From: Synechocystis sp. PCC 6803 substr. PCC-P
GTDB taxonomy: Bacteria; Cyanobacteriota; Cyanobacteriia; Cyanobacteriales; Microcystaceae
DNA length: 32,000 nt
Reading direction: 5' to 3'
NCBI RefSeq assembly: GCF_000284455.1
Contig: NC_017039.1
Location: 1,140,001-1,172,000 of the forward strand
Made by a program: the position numbers and the translations under genes. Below the pieces are notes generated by a model that worked only from the letters and a program-made list of their open reading frames with translations, was not told the origin of the DNA and did not search any database. Below are positions 28,216 through 32,000 of this stretch, one piece after another (positions within the stretch are counted from its first letter, which is position 1; every line of letters begins with the position of its first letter).

Positions 28216-29274
28216 CTAATTGGAGCCGGCCAATTTTCCTTGGTAAATCATGCCAGTGGCATCGGCGGCAACCACTGTCTGGTCATCGGTGAAAATGACA
28301 GCGTTAATACCTGTAGTAGAAATTTTATGTTCTTCGACGATTTTTCCCGTGGTTAAGGAAATAATTTTAACAAAGCCTTGATCATCGGCGATCGCCACTA
28401 AATTTTCAGAGTTAATATCCAAAGCGTTCAGCCATGAGTTTACTTTTGCAAGGGTTTTATGGGCACCGGTGGCTAAATCTAGCTCTACTAACTCTCCGGT
28501 AAAGTAACCAATTAGTAGCTTGGCGCCATCGGGAGTAAATTTGAAAGTGTTGATGCGGCTGTTAATTGTTTTAAAGGTGCTAGGTTCAACGGGGTTACGG
28601 GCTGTATCATGATCAATATTAAAAATAGCAATTTCCCCCGTATCGTAACTAACAGCAACTTTGCCAACTTCTGGATTGGAGGTGTGGGTAAAAGCTAGAT
28701 TTCTAGCAACACCAATAGATTGGTAAAGCTTGAAGGTGTTAACCTCCGGGGGGGAAAGACTGATTAATCGTGAAATGGTCACTGAGCCATCATCAGAAGA
28801 TGATAATAGATAATCTTGGAGAATTAATGAATCTGTTACCGCCGCTTTATGGAGGGGAATATCAAAATTTTCCTGGGAGTTATGCAAAACACTGCTTCCA
28901 GTGTAGATAGAAGAAATAAGGAAAGGGATCGAGCCAAATTCCCCATACCTAGCCCGAAAAAAACGTTTACAGTTTTTAAGAAATAAATTATTTTTCTGAT
29001 CTTGGTTTAAATTAGCATCGAGAAAAATCAAGTTGCAATTATAAAAGCCAATGGCTAGCTGTTTTGACTCTGGATCTTGGGCAATGGAAGCCGCAGCTCC
29101 ATACTGACTAAGATCAATTTTTTTAACCACAAAAGGTTGTTCTTGACCCCAGACTCTTCCTTGCTGGGGAGTCAACCATAGACCAGTTAAGAGAAACGCA
29201 ACCAACAGCAAACGCTTCAATTGATTGTTTTTAGAATGGAAAAAATAATTTTTAAACCTAAATATATGCTTCAT
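28216..29274 (-). CDS. Secreted beta-propeller (WD40-like repeat) protein, function unknown.
   Basis: ATG start and a signal-like N-terminus (LLLVAFLLTGLWL). Strand motifs recur: DDGSVTISRL, DTGEIAIFNI, FTGELVELDL, DQGFVKIISL, ATGMIYQGKL. Confidence 0.65.
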   Translation of the reverse strand: MKHIFRFKNYFFHSKNNQLKRLLLVAFLLTGLWLTPQQGRVWGQEQPFVVKKIDLSQYGAAASIAQDPESKQLAIGFYNCNLIFLDANLNQDQKNNLFLKNCKRFFRARYGEFGSIPFLISSIYTGSSVLHNSQENFDIPLHKAAVTDSLILQDYLLSSSDDGSVTISRLISLSPPEVNTFKLYQSIGVARNLAFTHTSNPEVGKVAVSYDTGEIAIFNIDHDTARNPVEPSTFKTINSRINTFKFTPDGAKLLIGYFTGELVELDLATGAHKTLAKVNSWLNALDINSENLVAIADDQGFVKIISLTTGKIVEEHKISTTGINAVIFTDDQTVVAADATGMIYQGKLAGSN

Positions 29275-29332
29275 ACCTTGATTTTAACCAGGGAATAGTT
29301 AATATAAATTAGCCGTGAAGTTGTTGAAAATT

Positions 29333-30442
29333 TCAAGCAAACTTGATACCAGTTTTCTCTTCTAGCTTATTTTTGATCAGAGATTGAGCTTGGGAATTTA
29401 ATTGACTATATATAAACCGATAAACTTCAATTAGCTTTTGCGGAGCTTGGGATAAATTAGGTTTAGTTTGCACCATGCCTAATTTACCAATTAATTGTTG
29501 GTAAGCTTGCTGGTTGTATTCTTCCTGAGCTCTGATTTGTTTGGCCTGATAAACCGGCAGAAGTTCCTTGATTACCGCCTGAACAGTAGGGGAAAGACTC
29601 TCCCAAAAACTGGTGTTGAAAAACGTGTTATAACCAGACCAAGCATGGTTAGTCATGTTTAAATATTTGGTTACCTCATATAATTTAAAACCTAATGCTA
29701 CAGATGAAGGATTTTCCTGGGCCTCCACTGTGCCATTTTCTAAAGCGCGAAAGACTTGATTCATGGTGATTTTTTCGGGAACAGCTCCTAGAGCTTCCAT
29801 GGTCATTGCCATGTCATTGGAAGGAGGAATCCTGATCTTTAACCCTTGAAAATCTTCTAGTTTATAAATTGGCTTACTGGCAATGGAAGTGACAATTCTC
29901 ATGCCGTTGTTAAACGTGCCATTCCGTAAATAAGTTAAATTATATTGGGCTACCGAGCCATTAAGAGCTTCCGCAAAGAGGGACTGATTAATAATTTCAA
30001 AAACGTCTTGGGCTGATTGATAAAGGAGGGGAATATTTTGCACACCAATGACATCGGGAGCTACTTTGTCGATGATGGGCCCAGCAACGCTGACAATTTC
30101 AAAACGTCCTCCGGTAATGAACTGTACTGCTTGGGGATCGCCAGCGGGAATGGAAGCGTCGTGGGGAATGGGGGAAACAAAAAGTTCTCCCTCCGTTTGC
30201 TTAAATACTTCTAGCCACAGTTCTTCTAGGGCTTTATGGAGAGGGCTAGTGTCGGGTTGATTATGAAGATGGAAAGCTCGAATTTTTGCTTGGCTATAAT
30301 ACTCCCCATACTTACCAGGCAGAGGCAAAATTTTGTTTAAAATTTCCTGGGGAATGCCCTCGGCTAATAGTTTTGGTGCGGCGATCGCCAGAAGGGAACT
30401 GGCCCCTGCCAAAGCGAGAAAATTTCTCCGTGAATGTTTCAT
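29333..30442 (-). CDS. TRAP-transporter solute-binding protein (DctP family) with a twin-arginine signal peptide.
   Basis: MKHSRRNFLALAGASSLLAIAAP is a Tat signal. The length and composition fit the DctP family. No dctQ or dctM gene is adjacent. Confidence 0.75.
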   Translation of the reverse strand: MKHSRRNFLALAGASSLLAIAAPKLLAEGIPQEILNKILPLPGKYGEYYSQAKIRAFHLHNQPDTSPLHKALEELWLEVFKQTEGELFVSPIPHDASIPAGDPQAVQFITGGRFEIVSVAGPIIDKVAPDVIGVQNIPLLYQSAQDVFEIINQSLFAEALNGSVAQYNLTYLRNGTFNNGMRIVTSIASKPIYKLEDFQGLKIRIPPSNDMAMTMEALGAVPEKITMNQVFRALENGTVEAQENPSSVALGFKLYEVTKYLNMTNHAWSGYNTFFNTSFWESLSPTVQAVIKELLPVYQAKQIRAQEEYNQQAYQQLIGKLGMVQTKPNLSQAPQKLIEVYRFIYSQLNSQAQSLIKNKLEEKTGIKFA

Positions 30443-30825
30443 AACTGATATTCCCCATTATTTAGCTCTGAATTATAAGGCGTAATTTTCTAGTCAAAGC
30501 TGACCTCGACCACATTTTTGGCAAAGCTTCCATAATGCCTGGGTGATGGAATAGGCGGCGGCTTTGGAAGCAGAAAGGGAAATTACTGGGAAAAACCCTA
30601 CAAATGAAGGGTTTAGCTTCCTAGAAATTGCTGCTTAAATCTTGGAATGTAGCATCGGCACAGAAGATGGTTAAGCAATGGTTATGAGACTTTCCTAAAG
30701 AATAATGATAATTTATCTACGGCTCTGGATAATTTTCTCGAAGACCTCCACCTCCCGGTCATAGACATAAGTACTTTCTACTTTGTTCAACATCCTGTTT
30801 TTCCTCTGTCTTACATAAGGTATTT

Positions 30826-32000
30826 ATGGCTGCCTCTACCCAGACTCCGGCGATCGCCGTTGACTCGAACGGTTTTACACATTTAGTTTGGAACCAAAAT
30901 AACGTCATTTACCACGCCTACTACGACCCTTCTGTCGGGCGGTGGCGGGAATCTGCTCCGATCGCCAATAGTGTCAGTGCCAAAGAACTTAAAATTACCA
31001 CAGGAGTACGAAGCCAAGGGGAAGAAACAGGAAGTTCCGTAGAGGGGATTTTTATTTCTTGGATCGAAGGAGAAGGAAATAACAGCGATATTCATGGCGC
31101 TAGCGGCATTCTCAATAGCCTAGGGCAATATAACTGGGGCCAAACATTCAAGCTCACCGATGACGCAGTGAGTGATGAAAATATGCGGTTGCAGACCACT
31201 GCCGACGGTAATCTGCTCCTAATCACCGAAAAAATTGACTTAGATGATCCCCAAGCTGACAGAGATTTATACAGCCAAGTCATAGACCTCAGAAACCGAG
31301 AAACACTCCATAACACCCTCACCCAGGTCAAGCCTCTCAATCCCAGTAATTTTATTGCTCCCAATGCTTCCCCCACCTTGGCCCTCGGAGATGGAGATAT
31401 ACAAGTTCCAGGAACTTTTTTAATCACGAAAGAAAACAAAAAAGAGTATCAACTTCCTTTATCTTTTTTTAACGGCAAATTGGAATTCAAAAATGCCCTT
31501 GCCCTAGGGGGGGGGATCAACTTTACGAACCTGATTAATTCGGGTGATCCAGGGCTATCTGCTTTTTTGCAACTGCAGGATGAACTGTCCGGGGCACTGA
31601 GCTTCGGTAAAAACAAGGTTTCCCTCAAAGGTCGTCTACAGGGGAAACTCCAACTAGATTTTTTACTTAACGGGGATGGCAATACTTTTTCTGCATCCGA
31701 TGCCCTGAGGCTCAGGGGAGAATACGAACGTAATTTATTACCAGGGAAAACCACCTATGACATTGGTTTTTCTGTAGGTGGAGTTCCGATTTCTCTCCTC
31801 GATGCTGAAGTTCAGTTGGGATTGCTTTTTGATTTGGCTTTTACGCTCAAACAAAAATGGAGTACAGATTTTGATCTTACCCCCCAAGCCCTAGTCACGG
31901 GGGGATCAACCCTAGCTGAAACTCAGACAGAAAATACAACTGTTGAATATTGGTATTCCTTGGTGCGGGCTGATGGCACTCCGGCCCAGCCTGGAGATGA
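30826..32000 (+). CDS. N-terminal part of a very large secreted/surface-type protein. The 3' end lies outside the window.
   Basis: Frame 1 is open from 30733 to the window end. The first ATG is at 30826, followed by 391 codons without a stop (MAASTQTPAIAVDSNGFTHLVWNQNNVIYHAYYDPSVGRW...). It is absent from the ORF track only because no stop falls in the window. The minus-strand ORFs 30883..31754 are its shadows. Confidence 0.8.
   Translation, partial: MAASTQTPAIAVDSNGFTHLVWNQNNVIYHAYYDPSVGRWRESAPIANSVSAKELKITTGVRSQGEETGSSVEGIFISWIEGEGNNSDIHGASGILNSLGQYNWGQTFKLTDDAVSDENMRLQTTADGNLLLITEKIDLDDPQADRDLYSQVIDLRNRETLHNTLTQVKPLNPSNFIAPNASPTLALGDGDIQVPGTFLITKENKKEYQLPLSFFNGKLEFKNALALGGGINFTNLINSGDPGLSAFLQLQDELSGALSFGKNKVSLKGRLQGKLQLDFLLNGDGNTFSASDALRLRGEYERNLLPGKTTYDIGFSVGGVPISLLDAEVQLGLLFDLAFTLKQKWSTDFDLTPQALVTGGSTLAETQTENTTVEYWYSLVRADGTPAQPGD

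Noticed and set aside
30713-30793. 26-codon minus-strand ORF (MLNKVESTYVYDREVEVFEKIIQSRD) in the divergent region before the giant gene.
   Set aside because: It is too short, has no promoter, SD or hydrophobic feature, and is indistinguishable from a chance ORF.
30883-31754. Three minus-strand ORFs (30883..31095, 31092..31439, 31449..31754).
   Set aside because: They lie antisense to a plus-strand frame that stays open for more than 1.17 kb to the window edge and has a protein-like translation. Their own translations are rich in Ser, Arg and Pro and look like shadow ORFs.

Overview
The window looks like a mostly housekeeping chromosomal segment of a Synechocystis sp. PCC 6803-type unicellular cyanobacterium. 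Two observations support this. The HIP1 palindrome GCGATCGC occurs about 33 times by eye, roughly once per kb. Several proteins are recognisable by sequence: HliC, Gap1, FabG, PetC/PetA, PsbH and PsbN. I can support about 38 protein-coding genes. They are a 5'-truncated NFACT/RqcH-like gene, nspC, hliC (with an RpaB-type HLR1 box), an LptF/G-type permease, an LCP-family protein, gap1, a Uma2 endonuclease, aat, lipA, an aldo/keto reductase, fabG translationally coupled to a class IV aminotransferase, an ABC1/UbiB kinase, a retropepsin-like protease, uvrC, a cell-wall amidase, a minus-strand run (petC-petA-DUF3110-murQ-S2P protease-membrane protein-JAMM/MPN), divergent psbH/psbN, a YciI-like gene, a secreted beta-propeller, an orphan Tat-signal TRAP binding protein, and the open 5' part of a very large surface-type protein that runs off the window and is missing from the ORF track. 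I recognised no rRNA, tRNA, CRISPR array, transposase or integrase. I found no clear multi-gene novel system. The items most worth a second look are listed here. (1) The ABC1 kinase is interrupted by a single in-frame TGA at a conserved Arg position, and the rest of the protein continues in the same frame. (2) An untracked 49-codon ORF with a perfect TATAAT box lies in a 500-nt gap. (3) A 31-codon single-TM ORF lies downstream of gap1. (4) There are orphan Uma2, retropepsin-like and JAMM genes. (5) An AT-richer envelope cluster sits at the 3' end. (6) Perfect tandem 11-mers occur in two promoter regions. Locus names and family assignments come from my own recognition of the sequences, not from any search.
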